DNA of 64,000 nucleotides from the NCBI GenBank assembly GCA_001244265.2, contig CDLV01000016.1:930001-994000 (forward strand), written 5' to 3'. This stretch comes from Microbotryum violaceum. Its lineage: Eukaryota. The notes under the pieces were generated by a model, which saw only the letters and a list, made by a program, of their open reading frames with translations, did not search any database and was not told the DNA's origin. The first letter of the stretch is position 1. The number at the start of each line of letters is the position of its first letter. Shown piece by piece: positions 1 through 13,918 of this stretch. The translations under genes and the position numbers were made by a program.

Positions 1-84
1 GTGAGGGATGGAAAGCCGCCAGGGTATGTAGGACGAAACGGGAAAAAAACCCTATGAACACGAGCGTCTCCGATCCTGGCAGCG

Positions 85-1294
85 CTAGTTGCGGTGGAAA
101 AGGCCCTCCCGGAGTGCCACAAAGTTCCAAGCCATCCGATCCACTTCAGTGCGCCGGAATCGCCTCTTGCAACGATCTGGTATGTCGTCCATGTACGAGT
201 TCATTGGATCGACCCTCTGTTTATGAGTTTGAGGATCCGGAGCGCACGTCACTGGTTCGGGGCAATCGCTGTGAAGGCGGCGCGCCATCGTTGAGTTCGG
301 ACTGAGCATGTCGCCGTCCTTGCAACGTCGTAGGGCGAGCTTGTTTTCAAAGTCAAGTCCAAGCCACTTTGCTGCTGCGGTGATGAACTCTGTACCACCC
401 GAACTCGTAGTCATGGCGTTTCGCGTGATCGTTATGCCGTCTTGATGCATGTTCTCCCTTGATGAGTGGCATTTGAGTGGGTCATTTGCATGCGCTATAG
501 AGAAGGGAGTAGGAGCACCAAAGTCAGATAACTCCAACAGGGATGCAGACCGGCCGTGTCACCACTGCTCAAAGTACATGAGATGTTTAGGCAGGGGCCA
601 TCAGTGGTGAGGCGAGTGGTGAGGCGATCCACGAGATACCAATTCAATGCACTGCAATTGCCCATGTGTCGATTGTGCCTCACTGCAGTTTCTACGGCAC
701 TGTCGACGGTTGGACAAGGTTTGCCGCCATAGTCGTATGAGGGGCGGTACTTGGTGTACAGCCCGGTGTAGATGAACCGGAATGGGGCCTCGCTGTCTTT
801 GAACGTCTGGTTGAGTTTGCGCAATTGATCCTCAAACAGCTTCACGTGGTCCGCTGGAGGGGGGGCCACTGGAGACAAAAAGTGTGGGGTGAGACATGGA
901 TGAGGCGGGTTCGCTCTTCCACATGAAGCTTACGGGGATCACGATAATTCATAGAAATGTCATGGGCGTAGACTGGAATCAGACCCTGGTCGCTTGAGTT
1001 CCACGTATGCCACTCTGGCGGTTTGAGATTGTCTCGCGCTTTCAGAGTCGCCGCCGCAGCTGGCGCTTCTCCACATTGCTCTGCCAAAACACGATCAGCA
1101 TCTTCCGCAGCAGAGTGCAGGCTGTCAAAATTTGACCTACTTTCCGGCCATAACATGCTTGCGGATTCCGCGACGTTTTTGTGCTCCAACGTGGCGGAAG
1201 CGTCGAGAGGAGTCGCGACCACCCCCTGCAGCTGAGTCGTGATCGTCACGACCCCGGCGAAGGCGAGAAGGGCGAGCATCGGGTTTTGAAACAT
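85..1294 (-). CDS. Secreted peptidase M43B (pappalysin/ulilysin-like) homolog lacking the zinc-binding motif; 3 exons (1294-934, 868-578, 494-85), about 353 aa
   Basis: Signal peptide MLALLAFAGVVTITTQLQG. GT-AG introns 933-869 and 577-495 join three ORF pieces in frame. M43-like blocks: QCGEAP (cysteine-switch-like), IPVYAH, DQLRKLNQTF..FRF, GNCSALNWYLV, QDGITI, KWLGL, DPMNSYMDDIPDRC..F....DRM (Met-turn). Confidence 0.75.
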
Positions 1295-1636
1295 TGTGCT
1301 GTTACAACACTTTGTAGGGAAATAAAAGGGTGTATAAAATATCGGTGAAAGTATGGGGAGTGAACAGCTGTGGTAGGCAGCGCAGTGGGAGGAGGAGGGC
1401 AAGAAATATTGTGAACCACGGAGAGCACGTACAGGTTGACGCCAGCGCGCAGGTCTCACACTTGGTTGGCATCGTCCGTCATTCCTCCGCCTGAGGGGTC
1501 TCTAACACTCTTCCTTGTCGAGTAAAGTGAGACCGTGCCGGTGAAGACAAACCGCCAGACTATCTCCTTTCTTTGGGGGCCCAGCAGGTGATCGGCGACT
1601 TAGTCGGTGCGCAGCGTTAGTAGTATGAATAAGAGA

Positions 1637-1729
1637 CTGACGAGCGTGTAATCCAACCGTCAGTTAATTGCATATGATAGTAGCCGTAGTGCTAGATGTA
1701 CGTACCTGACGAGCGTGTAATCCAACCGT
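1637..1729. repeat. 24-bp perfect direct repeat (CTGACGAGCGTGTAATCCAACCGT) at 1637-1660 and 1706-1729
   Basis: Read directly from the sequence. Confidence 0.85.
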
Positions 1730-2694
1730 GGAGAGAAGACAACGGTTGGTGCGCATCGCCAGGCTTCACTAAACAAACGCGCGCTTCTAATCAAATAACC
1801 GATAGCCGCCTTCCTGCTAATCCTCATTCACAACACGCCAACTGTATGTACATGGCACAGTAATCTACAGTAAAACACCGGGGCCTGCAGTCGCTTTCAC
1901 TGCCTTCCTATAAAGGTAGCTCCCTTGCAAGCCTCTGAGCGAACCGCCGAGCTCAGGCGGTGTGACACCGCCAATGAACAAAGCGGAGGTTTGTGATGAC
2001 TTCGTCAGGGACGAGCAATGTAGTACTATAGCGTCGAATCACAATAAGCCGGAGCAATGGGAGCGAGGCTGGCGGACTCGATGATCGAATCGAACGTTAG
2101 GATAGGTTCCAGATTCACGTACTTCATCCTCACCCCGTCTCTTGTGGCCAAAGATCGCTTTCGCGTGAAAGCGAGTCCTCAAGTGAACCCAGTCGCACAT
2201 GGCCCCTTTGACTATATGTGCAACTAGACCTGGAAGGAAGTGGGTAATGGCTCAATGTACCAGGAAGTGAAAGGTGGGCAGGTAATTTTGGGAAGTGCGA
2301 GATCGAGTCGATATGTATGTCCGCACTTGTGACTCCTGCTCATATCTCGTTTGCTTCCAACCCAATCTTCATCATCTCTTGATACGTTAAAGTCACGACG
2401 TTCGCTGCAAGGTCTAATTTTCGTGCAAAATTCATGAGTAGAACAGCTCCGCTCTCAACCTCGACACGCTGCCTGCCGAAGCATTGCTGTCAATGAGGGT
2501 CTGTCCTTTCTTCCGCATCAACCCACGCTCGCGAAGCGGACTTCGTTGCTGAAAATGCTGCCGTCTAATTGCCACCTCGAAGCTCAGATACGGATGCTGA
2601 GAAAGAAAACAAATGATTGAGGATTGGAGCCGGATGTGTCGTCCTCTCGAGGCCGCCACCACTCGCGGCACGCGGAGGATCGCCATGCAGTTTT

Positions 2695-4602
2695 TCAGGG
2701 GCGTTCAGGGATGTTCAGGGAGTCGTACGTGGTTTCCCACTGGCAGAGATTGGAGGGAGTGGTAGCCTCAGGCGGTCGCTTGCGACGACAGGCTAAATGC
2801 CAAAGAATTAGTACACCGGGAATCAGACGCCACACTGCACAGATTGTCCCCGCGTCCGTTTCTTCTAGATTTCCTACGCCAACGGCGTTCGAGCACCCGT
2901 TCGAGGCGCGAGGCACGAGTGCGGCGCGTCCACCAGGTCGAGCAAGCGGGCGTCGCTGACTCAAACTTAGCGAGAAAACCACCCGGGCCCTTCCATCGAC
3001 ATGGTGCGCACTCCGAGCAAATCACCAAGAACACTCCATGGCTACTCCATAGCTTAAGAAGCTCTTGAAAAATCCATGCAGGCGAGACCGTTGCCCGGAA
3101 TGAAAAGTAGCTACAGGGCATTGGCCGTGACCCGCGCCGAGTAGTAGCGTCTGCACTGCCTGACGGAAGCGAGACGATAGATGCCAGATGCCCGAAGCGC
3201 GAAGCGCGAAGGCCGCGCCCGCAGCCTCACGGCAGTGTCATGAGTCAGATCGCATTCGCTTGCAACCGAAGGAAAAACGCCATGTAGCATCGCAACGGTC
3301 TCGTGGCTCTCGGATGTGGAGCGAACGACCGATTGGCAATGTTTCTGTGCGATTGCGGTTTGACCGGACATCTCGCTGGGCGACTCTCCAAGCAGCCGCG
3401 ACTCGGAGCTTGACGAAGGCCTGAAGAGATTGGCTCGAAGAAGTACTCCCATGTGACCGTTGACAACATTGACGTCACACATCACGTCAACGATTAGCAA
3501 TTGGATCGATGAACCGAGCTGCTTCATGATGATGGAACTTTTGGTTACGCCCAAAATTAGAACGGTGATATTGCCGGCGCTTACAACCTTCGAGCCTACT
3601 CTGCACCTCAAGCGTCTTTACCGCGAGTCAATTTCCAGCATCTCCTCCCAACTCCCCAATCCGACTAGTCATCTACAGCCGGTTTCAAAGCGCAGATATA
3701 TCGAGCGCTTGCTCGACTGGTCCCTCATCTTGGCCTCAGTCTTCGCGATCCTTGATGCACACCACCCCCTGTCCTCGTCATAGACGGGCAACTTGACGCG
3801 CTCTCGAAAGGAATCCTTAGAGATCAATTTTGCCCAATCTGCATTGTTTGATATGCATTTCAAGAGACTTTACACGCAGCAAACAGGAAGGAAAATCAAG
3901 ACATGTGCACTTCACTCAAAATGGAGGTCAACCGGCATCTACGATCAGAATGAAGGAGATCTTGTGATTGGGTCGTCCAACTGCCTGTACAGCTCGCCGT
4001 CTCTCCAGATCATCTCAGCTACGACAACTGCGTCCTTTCCCTTTCGATTGAGATTGGCAGCCTGAAAGAAGCGTGTGACTGCGGATATCAGCACCGATGT
4101 CGGTCCAGCAAACCCAGTCGGCAAGAAAACTCAGCTAAGAATTGCTCAGTGCATTCAGTGGGCTGACAACAATGGTGACGGCCCGGCGTCCATAAATGAG
4201 ATACATTGCTTCGAAAATAACACTTTTGCCTGAACCTGTTGGCGCTGTGACCAGCACAGCGTCATATCGATCCCGGTTCCCAAATTGATCGAGTTCGAAA
4301 AGTGCAGCAATGGCCTCGATCTGCACAGGCCGGGGGGTAGAGTCCTCGTCAAGACTTTCGCCCAGAATAAGTTTGACCTTCTTGCGTCATTCGCGAATCT
4401 CCTCGGTCCTCCTGAGTCAAACGTGGCCTTCAGTGACCGAGAACGAGCCGGCCGGCAGGAAGGTCGGTTGTCGGATTGGTTGAATGATTCGGTGCTGGGG
4501 TCGTAGGACTGGCCCTTGAAGCTGATCGCAAGGGAGACGCCCTGAACTTAATGGATGTCGACGGGGCGGTCCCCTAACCGGCCTGGGTGTTTGTACCGAC
4601 AT
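2695..4602 (-). pseudogene. Degenerate RecQ-like superfamily-2 helicase (boundaries approximate)
   Basis: QIEAI (Q-motif-like), Walker A APTGSGKS, motif Ia VVSPLNAL and a VYDE motif II remnant. In-frame TGA stops upstream (GHV*, IRE*) and fragmented downstream frames. Confidence 0.6.
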
Positions 4603-6453
4603 GGCTCATCATGAGGGGAGGTGCGATGTTGAGTGGAGGAGAGAGAGGATCAGGCGTGAGGCGCGGCTGGGCTTAAGTGACGCGGCCTGGATCTATGCAG
4701 CCTTCGTTTTTTTGTTTGTTTTTGTATCAAGCCTAGACTTCACATATTCGATTCTCTACGTTGAAAAGGGAGGTTAGATTTATGTAAAGTCAAAGCCACT
4801 GGATGCTGGTCCGTGCGCCAACCTGCGTCTCGTTCAGACTCAGTTGATTCAAGCTGTTGTAGCGAGATGATCAAGCGTTCCTAGACTTGAAGGTTCGGTG
4901 AAGCCGCATCCATAATGGTGAAGTAAAGACTTATCCATCCAGTTCTCAGATAGCACCAATATATGCCATGCTAAAGCAAGGGGGGCACTTTCCAGGGCCA
5001 AAATTTCGGAGGGCAACTCAGCAAAGCGCGCGGATAACTCTTACACCAAAGGGATAATGCTCGGTCAGCTGCGCGCGAGGCTTACTTGGGGCTGACATGC
5101 TGCCTCATGCTGCTGACTCCACATTGGCCTCCACTAGCCTCCACTTTGTCTCGCCGAGCCCCGTTCCGGGTCGGGACTCGGTTTCATGCTTCCTCGCTCT
5201 TGTTTCCCTTTTGTCTCCTTCATCCCGGTCACTCTCCCCAAAATCCTGTCCTCTCACCCTCGACTTTAACTCTACCAACACTACAAGATGTTCTCCTCCC
5301 TGTCCCACCGTCGCGCCAGTTCGAGTTCGAGCCGCTCCTCCGAGTCATGGTCCGAAGACTCGTCGGCGCAATGGTCCTCGTCGGCGACTTCAGATGTCTT
5401 TGATTTCCTCGAGCCCATTTCATCGCGAGCACCTCAAGAGTTGGCCTTCCTCGATTCGACGTCGTACGTCACCAAGGAATGCAACAGCGCCTATGTCACC
5501 AGTCTCTGGGTACGTTCATGCACAAGGCAGAACTCGGCCTGCGCGCTTGCGCGTGCGCGGTGCCTCGGCTCGGCAGGACGACAGCGGCACGACGGCGCGA
5601 ATGGAGCACCGAGCTAAACTTTTTCCTTGCTTCCTCCGCACAGTCATCGAACAAGATCCCACACTGCCCGAAGCATGGCATCCAACACAACCCCTGCCTG
5701 AGCCTTCCCGAACGTGGTTCGCGATCGTTCGAAACTATCTTCTCGTCGTTCAAGTCCGCTACCAGTTGGTCCGGCAGCGCCTCGTCCTCAGCATCGGCTT
5801 CGGCGAGCCGGAGGACACCCAGTAGGAGGGGGTCGGCTTCTTCTTCGATCAAGGTCAGTTCGAAAAAAATCACAATTGCCACAAATTTTATCTTTGTGCT
5901 GATCATCTGCACCCTTTTTCCTACTCTTCAGTGCTACATCCGACGAGCCGTTTCGCACCTCTGATCGACTCGGGCCTCGGAGACGAGCGCGCGCGCGCAA
6001 GGGCATCGGCCAGCTCGTCACCTGCCCGCGTCCCCCTTAGAACTTCGCTCGGGCGCGTCCAAGGTCTCCCCGCATCACGCATATCGGCCAAGTCTGCGAA
6101 AAGTGTTCAATTATAAGTAGTAACTCCAAATTAAGTAGTGTCTTTCTCCCCTCCTGGGTCTTCACTGTGTCAATCATCTTTTCTCCGTATGATCCCGTAG
6201 TAGTACTAGTAGCAGTAGTGGGTGTATCCCTAGTAATCTTTAGTAACGATCAAATAATAGCTATCATGACCTCCCCTCTTCATCCCCCAAAAACCTTGCT
6301 GCCATTCAGTGATCACAAGATCATGAAGGCAATAGTCGAGTCGAGCTCCTCCGCCGGGCGTGTGGGGCGGCGCCTTCCAGCCGGAAGCTTGGCCTTCCGA
6401 CGCATCAGTCAACTCAACGCAAAAGCAGAGTCGACTGCAGACCCCAACAAGCC

Positions 6454-9400
6454 ATGACCGACTCAACACGCAGTCGAACACCATCCCGACTAGCCCGAAT
6501 GGAATCCTCAGACTCATCTTGCTTCTCAGCACGGGGCCCTAGTGCTCCCAGTACACCGCTTCGTACACCTTTGACGAGTTCGACGCGGGGAGCTGGAGCA
6601 ATCAAGTCTGGAGCGGGCGCGTCGGCCAGTCCGCAAGGTGAGCTTGGGCACGGGGATCGTGTGTAGCGTTGGAACTGACTTTGATCGTCTTGGGGTTTTG
6701 CAGTGAAAGTGGCACTAGCGGCGATGAGGAACAAGCAACGCAATAGCGCCCGCAGTGGTCAGACGGCTTCGAGTACGAGCGCGTTGCCCACGAATTCGGG
6801 CTCGAAAGCCATCGCTTCCAGTTCGAGCTTGGCGTCATCTTCTTCGTCCATGATGATGGGTGTGGAACAGTACGACGTGTACTCTACACCACCCCGGAGA
6901 GCAGTGCAGAGTGGGAACGATTTCGAAGAGGACGATGCCGTTCAAGAGTTTCGGTTCGGGCAGAGGACGATCGCGGTTCGAGCCGAACAACGGCAAACAG
7001 CACAGGAGAGGGAGGAAGACGTTGAAGAAGAGGAGGAAGTTGTTCTTGATTGGGGTACGAGAGCCAAGTCGACTAGAGATGTCGTCGAGGGAGCAAAGAG
7101 GACAGGTGAGGTCTGCTTCAAGCAAGATTCCGTCGCCCTCGAGGGGGGGACCTTGTCTGACCAACATGTATCCCCGCAGGTGTGCTCGTCCTTGCCTCGC
7201 GAGAGCTCAAGTCCATACCCCTCCTGGTGTACGAAGCGCTCATGTCTAAAGCATCGGTTTATCACCCGACCCGCCAACGTACTCGCGCGAGCGGATCGAA
7301 AGGAAAAGATCCTGCCCCCATTATCGATTTCAGTACCTCCTACGATGATCGAAAGACGGCTTGGTACGAGCAGCGGGAACTTCGTAGTCTGTCGGTTGCG
7401 AATAATGACATCAAGGAGATACAAGAGATGATTGCGGGGTTTGAGGAATTGGAGACCCTCGATGTAGGTTCTCGGGCTCGAGGGTTTGGCGATATTGGAC
7501 GGCTAAGCTGACCCCAGGGTCTTGGAACAGCTCCACAACAACTACCTCGTCTCTTTACCGACCTCACTGGCGCAATTGACGAACCTCACCTCGCTGAACC
7601 TCTCCGCGAACAAGCTCACAACCTTCCCGATCCAACTCCTCGCCTTGCACTCGCTTACCTCCCTCAACCTCGCATCGAACCAGCTCACCCACCTCTGGCC
7701 CGTAGACTGGCGCCTTCATCTCTCCGATACGCTCCACCCACCATCCCTTTCGCCAACAGCGACGCCTGAATCATCACCTGAACAAAGCGGAGGTCATGTC
7801 CTGGGCTTCTGGTCCACTCCTGCACCCAGCGCCACACCAGATTCTCCGTCGAGCACGGATACCCCATTCAAAGCCCCTCTCACTCGCCTCACCGAGCTAA
7901 TCCTTTCCGACAACCCTTTTTCACCCGACGTCTTCCAAGATCCCGGATGGAGTTTCCCTTCTAAATTAAGGGAACTACATCTCGCCGATTCAGGATTGGT
8001 CGAAACCTCCTTCCCCGCGCTCGTATTCGGGAAGCTGGCGCATCTACAAGAACTCATTTTGGCGGGGGCCGATATCCTCTCATCGCCATTTCATCTCGAG
8101 GACGTAGTGGATGAAGAAAGTGAACTCTTTCCTTCTTTGACACGCTTGGATCTCTCACGCAACTCGATTGATTCGCTTCTTCATCTCGAAGCGTTCTTCG
8201 TTCGACATGTTAAACGACCGATTGAGTATGTAGGCTTGGAGAAGAGTATCATGAACTTGGTTAAGGCTAAGGGAAGACCTAATGGGGATGTGGAAGGGAG
8301 GGAGGAGGTTAGAATTGTGCTGCACGATAATCCGATGAGGGAGGAACAGGTTAGGAGGAGGGCGTTATTTGGTCGACCAGCTGCGTCGGAGGGATTCAAG
8401 GAGGGGGTAGAGGTCGAGCTGGCGAACGCGGCACCGACGAAGAATACGGTTAAGCGGAGAGTGGTCAAAGAACAATGGGAGATTGACGCGGAGAATGGGC
8501 TGCTGACAGAGGGTGGGAGAAGGAGAGCGAGGATCGAGGCGATGAGGAGGGCTAAAGAGGAGGAGGAAATGAGGAAAGAAGTGGAGAGGAGAGGAGAGAA
8601 GGTGGAGGTGGATGAAACGGGGACGATTGTAGGAGCCTTGTTGGGACTCAAGGTGAAGGACGGAGATGAGAAGGGGCAAGAGGCGGCGGTGGGGAGGGAG
8701 CAGGCCCAGGAAGAAGAGGCACCGCCACCCGAATATTCACCTACGCCTACGCCTGTGGCGCCAATATTGACGCCCGAAGCACCAGGTGCGGCGGCACCCG
8801 CCGAAGCGAGCAAGGACGACCCTGCTATCCAACTAGTCAGCTTAGCGCACAAGGTGATATCGTCGACGATCGATCTGTCGTCCAAGTCGCTCGAAACGCT
8901 GCCGACCCCTTTGGGCTCCCCACCTTCGCATCTCTCTTCGCCTTCGTCGCTCGTCCTCTCCCGGAATCAGTTCAGGTCTTTGTCAACATCGGCGCTCTCG
9001 GCCTGGACTTGGGCAAACACCCTCAGGTCACTCGACCTCTCGTATAATCGCTTGACGGTCTTCACGCCGGACAGCCCTCTCCTCAATTTGACCTCGTTGA
9101 ACCTTTCGAACAACCAGCTCACGGAACTCGATCCAAACCTCGCTTCGTCGACCTCTAACCTGACTTCACTCGATCTCTCCCGGAATCGACTTACATCAGA
9201 CTCCAGTCTCTCGCCCTTCTTTAGACTCAACTCTTCCACTCCATCATCACTCACCATCCTCAACCTCTCAGGCAACTCCCTCTCCTCCCTCCCTGCCCTC
9301 ATCGAACTCGCCACGACCATCAGAGGCCCGTCCTCGCTCGATCAAGCCCGATCCAAACACAACCTCTCCCTCCGTTCGCTCGACCTAAGGGACAACGATC

Positions 9401-9558
9401 TGCTCAAGCTCGAGACGAAACTGGGGTGGTTACCGCTGGGATTGGAGATGTGGTTGAGTGGGAATCGGTTTAGGGTGCCAAGGAGGGAGGTGTATGATTC
9501 GGCTCAGGGGGCCAAGGAAATTGTAGGGTGGTTGAGGGAAAGGATTGCGGAGGTGTGA
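6454..9558 (+). CDS. Leucine-rich repeat protein (LRRC40-like), 4 exons
   Basis: Many LxxLxLSxNxL repeats in ORF 7522-9558. Upstream exons are joined by GT-AG introns (about 6638-6703, 7107-7179, 7463-7530). Confidence 0.8.
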
Positions 9559-9707
9559 ATATGGTTTGGTGTTGGGTCTTCGTGAACTCCACTGGGTGTA
9601 GTTTGCGTCGTTCCCGAGTTTGGGGGATAGGCTGGGTTTTGTGAATTCATTATCATCGGCACATAGGCAAAACAAAGTCGTTTATGACGCAGAGAGGAAG
9701 GAGGGGA

Positions 9708-11033
9708 TCAAGCCTGTTTAGTAAAGAACGATCCAATCCCTTTCTGTTTAGCAGGTTTGCTCGTCCCCGCCTTTGCACCACCCGTCGTACTCGAACCCGC
9801 ACCAAACTTCTTCGCCGGGGCCGCCGCCTTCTTCGGTGCAGGCGCGGTTTCCTTCTTCTTCGTCTCCACCGCTGTAGCAGGAGCCTTGGTCTTGCTGTCT
9901 CCCTTCAAAGCGATCTCCTCCGCCTCTCTCAAAGCCTCTTCATCCCAAAGATCGTCCTCCTCCTCGTCCTCCGAGGCCAATTCCTCATCCGCGAACAACC
10001 CATTCTGCTGCTTCTTCGGTGAAGCTTTCCTCTTACTCGGAACGACTTTAGGAGCCACTGGAGGAGGAGGAGTCGGTTCTCTACGCGCAAAAAGACCTCC
10101 AGGTTGTCCAATCTTGCGCACCGTCGAAGCGGCAGGTTTCTTAGTCGATCTCGAAGATGGGATGTCGGAATTCGAGGTGGAAGTTTTGGCTGATTCGAAT
10201 TTGTTTCCCAACAAGGTGGACTTGTTATAAGTCGAAGCTTTGTTCGTGAGTGACTTTTTACTCGTTTGAGAAGAAGACTTTTTACGTTCTCCGTTGGGAT
10301 GTACGATCTCGCCGTACCCTCCTAAAGGGATGGGCTTCCATTTCGCTCGGTGCGCTTCGGTGGAGAGTAAGGGGAGGGTATGAAGGGAGAGGTCTGAGGT
10401 TGAAGCGAGGGGGGTCGAGTGGAGGGCATAAACGTGTGATTGGGGCGGGGTGAGGAAACGGTTTTGGGCGGCTGGGATGTAGAATATAGGAGAGGGAAGT
10501 AATCAGTGGGGGGTGGATGGCTAGGGGACGACTCGGTGAGGGGGAGAGACTCACCTTCCAGTTCGGCTTGAGGGACGAGTAAGATGATCGACGTGGGCGC
10601 GGTCGATCCCGTCTGTGAAGCATGCTGCGAGTCTAAATCCATCGCGTGGTCGTCTTCATCTTCCTTGGTTTGGGTCGCGACTTGGCCGCAGAGGCAGTAG
10701 GTCGCGGTGATGCCACGAGCTTGGGTGGACGGGTCTTCAAGGAAGGCTGCTAGCAGGCTGTGCGAGTGAGAACATGAGATGAGTTCACCAGTTCGAGCGT
10801 GGTCTGAATGCAGATTAAAAGGGAGAACTTACACCTTGGCATTCTGGATAGTGACGCCTAATTCACGCGATGCAACCCTGTACGACAACTGCACTCAGAG
10901 CGACCACGACGCGCGAGGTCAATCGACGCGTCGAAGAATCACACTCAGCTGAGAGAACGCAACGTACAGGCTGTTGGTCGATTGCGATCCGCTTGATCAG
11001 GTGACGGAACGCGACTTTTTGGTCCATCTCCAT
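9708..11033 (-). CDS. POL32: DNA polymerase delta subunit 3 (Pol32/Cdc27), spliced
   Basis: N-terminal LSYRVASRELGVTIQNAK (Cdc27 winged-helix signature), low-complexity linker and C-terminal PIP box KQKGIGSFF. Confidence 0.8.
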
Positions 11034-12016
11034 CTTGGTAGGCGAGTTGAGGTGCTCCCACAACGGAGCGAGTTGGTGCGACGCGTCAGAGTTCGGAGGC
11101 GCGCTTGAGCTTGGAGCTCCTTCGGTTGACAGACTCAGTTCAGGGGCCGCACAGCCGCGAACTAGCGATTTCCGACCAAAAGATTTACCCAACTATAGGC
11201 ACGTCATCACAAGTTGCAAAAAATTGAATCTGACTCGACTTTTTTTCTCTCTTTCTGAGCCAAGGTGGCACGCGAGCTCAAGTAGCGAGGCCCGTTCGAC
11301 GTCATCTTGTGAGTGAGGCGCGCCCCCGCGCGGGATCAACGTCGGTAGCCTCGGGAGCGCCAAATGATCGGTCGCTGAGCGCTGGCTGATCTATTGGTCG
11401 GCGGCAGATTCAGCATCGGGGGAAACGTGTATACGTTCGCTTGGAGTTTTGCCACTGAAGGCGTTTGGTCGTCCTCCTCAACCTTTGCCTTCGAATTGTC
11501 CTCCTTCGCATCCGGTTTCACAAGATCCACACCTGCTTCGTCTTCCCCGGACTCCGACCTGTCGCTGATTTCCGACGGCTGAAATCGGCCTCCGACCCTT
11601 GTCACACGACCACCGCCGGAGCGACCTCGGATCCAATGCCGAACGGTCCTTACTGAATCGTAAACAAGATCTTGTAACAGACGAGCTAGTTCGCTCCCAC
11701 TAGTCGGGTACGTACCTCTCGTCCGAATTGTTCCCTGGCGTAAGAGCTGGTCTTCGCTCGGGGAAAAAGCGTCCGCCTAGACGAGCGTCGGCCGTGGTTA
11801 CGTCAGCTGACTTTTGCCCTTTGCGCCCGCTCATCCTCTCCCAATGCCCACCTCGGCCTTCTCTTTCCCAATCTTCCAGATCGACTCTTGTGCACCACGG
11901 TCTGAACCTGAGGCGCTCGACCCTCTCTCTCTGACTTTTAACCTCTCGAGATCACCTCCCAGCACAATTGACCTTAACAAACCTTTAAGCATACACGCCC
12001 CGGCACAATCCCCAGA

Positions 12017-13671
12017 ATGGGAACCACCTTGGAGTTTTCCCTTCCTCCGATCTCAGCGCTCGCCTTCGTCCCCTTCATCTACCTCCAAGCTGTACTCCTC
12101 CAACCTTCCATTCCGAACCGTATCTCACGCATCCTACGGATTCTCCTATGCATCCCCGCCATCTACCTCGCCGCTGTCGGTCCGTTCAGACATCGGATCG
12201 AACCGGTGAGGTATGCGATTGGCGCCAACTTTCGCGCGAGCATTTTTCATCCCGCCTTCATCCTCAAGGCATTGGAGTGAGTTAGTATCGTGCTTCCCCC
12301 CCCCCTTTGATATCGTATGGATGCTGATATTCTGCGTATCCGCGATGCATCAGATGGGGCTTTGCTCGGGATCGCTCGACATTCGCCTGGGTCGGCTTTG
12401 AGAACGAGGACTCGGCCCCGGGCTCCAACGCGTCGGACTTGCACTCCGAGGATGAAAAGGTTCCACCGAAACGCAGGCGGATACGAAACGAAGCCAATTT
12501 GTCCGCCCTAGCTGGATCCAAATCGATACCGACAATCAACATTCGAGGGCAAAGAAATATGTCGGAGCAGCTTCCGACACCTCCCGACTCGCCGACCAAT
12601 TCGGAGGCATCCGATGTCGTCGAAGCGAGCCCCATCGTCCCCCTCGACCTCGGCATTTATGGTCCGACCGCGGACTCCAAGTCATCATGGACTGGGGATA
12701 AGACGCCCATGATTCAAGTTCTACGAGATGCGCTCCATCTCTGTACGTCCATGCGAGGCTACGGCTACGCTTTCGCTCCCCCCAAACGTTCGATGGCGAG
12801 TCGACCGCGGACCCCACCACCGTCGGCCCACGGCCCCTTTGCCCGACAAGCCTTGTGGCGTCTGTTCCGCTCCCACCTCATCTCAACGATATGCCAAATC
12901 CTCCTCATCCACCGCGACGACGCGATCCCCTATTGGCTCCGAACCTACCTCTCGATCCCAATCGCCCACGCCAAACCCATAGCACATTTCTTGGCCTACC
13001 TCTCCGTCGGTTTCTCCCTCCACGCCCAAATGCTCATCGGCTTCGAAGGTGCCTCCCTCATATTCCTCGCACTGCATTACCTACCCCGACCCTTGCAGGT
13101 CAAATTCGATTCCAGAGAATGGGCACCTTTGTTTGATCGCCCGTTCGAAATGAGTTCGGTCACCGAATTCTGGGGTAAACAATGGCATGCGCTGTTTCGA
13201 AAACCGTTCACGAGCGTAGGGTATGAACCCGTCGTCGCGGTGGTGAATGCGGTAGCGGGGAAGAAGCTGGGTAAAAGTGTTGGAAGGACTTTGGGAGCGG
13301 TTTTGGTGTTTGGTCTTTCGGCTTGGATGCACGATTTCGGCCTTTGGTCGGCGAGGTACGGTTTGTCACCTTCTCCGATTCGAAAGTTGTCGTTCTTACA
13401 ACGACATGGAGCGAATTTATTCTTCCTCCTTCAAGCGCTCTGCATCATCTTCGAACAAATCTATACACGAACTACGAAAAGGAAAGTTGCAGGTTGGTGG
13501 GGTAGAATTTGGAGTTTATTCGTCATCGTCGTTTTGGGAAGTCTTTTGGCGGGGAGGAGTTGGATCGCTTTGGGTTTGGTCGACGGTTTACCGAATTTGG
13601 ACAGGTGGGGTTGGCAGAGGTGGTTGCTGCCGACGGTATGTTTGGCGCCGCCACCTTTGTGGGTCAAGTGA
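12017..13671 (+). CDS. Membrane-bound O-acyltransferase (MBOAT_2/wax synthase-like), 2 exons
   Basis: PLFDRPFEMSSVTEFWGKQWHALFR and FGLSAWMHD motifs, multiple hydrophobic helices, intron at about 12277-12353. Confidence 0.8.
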
Positions 13672-13918
13672 GTGGAATGGGAGCAGCTTCGGGATGGAAG
13701 GTACGATGTATTGGTTCGTTTGTTGTATTTTGTAGCAGTCTCGTGCGAGTGAGGAGCGTGGCTTAGGAGTGCGAAGATAATTTTGGTAGATTTTTAAATC
13801 TTGTTAGCACGGTTATAATATACGAACCCTGTACCCATCGTAAGTCGTCAAATGTAATGGTTTTGAACTAGAATCGTTACAACACGTTTTCTACAAGGCA
13901 CATCACCTTCAGAACCCG

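Noticed and set aside
5086..6116. Overlapping ORFs of up to 242 aa
   Set aside because: No recognisable domain or consistent splice model; possibly a TE remnant but unsupported.
12017..13671. MBOAT acyltransferase as part of a secondary-metabolite cluster
   Set aside because: No backbone enzyme, tailoring genes or transporter nearby.
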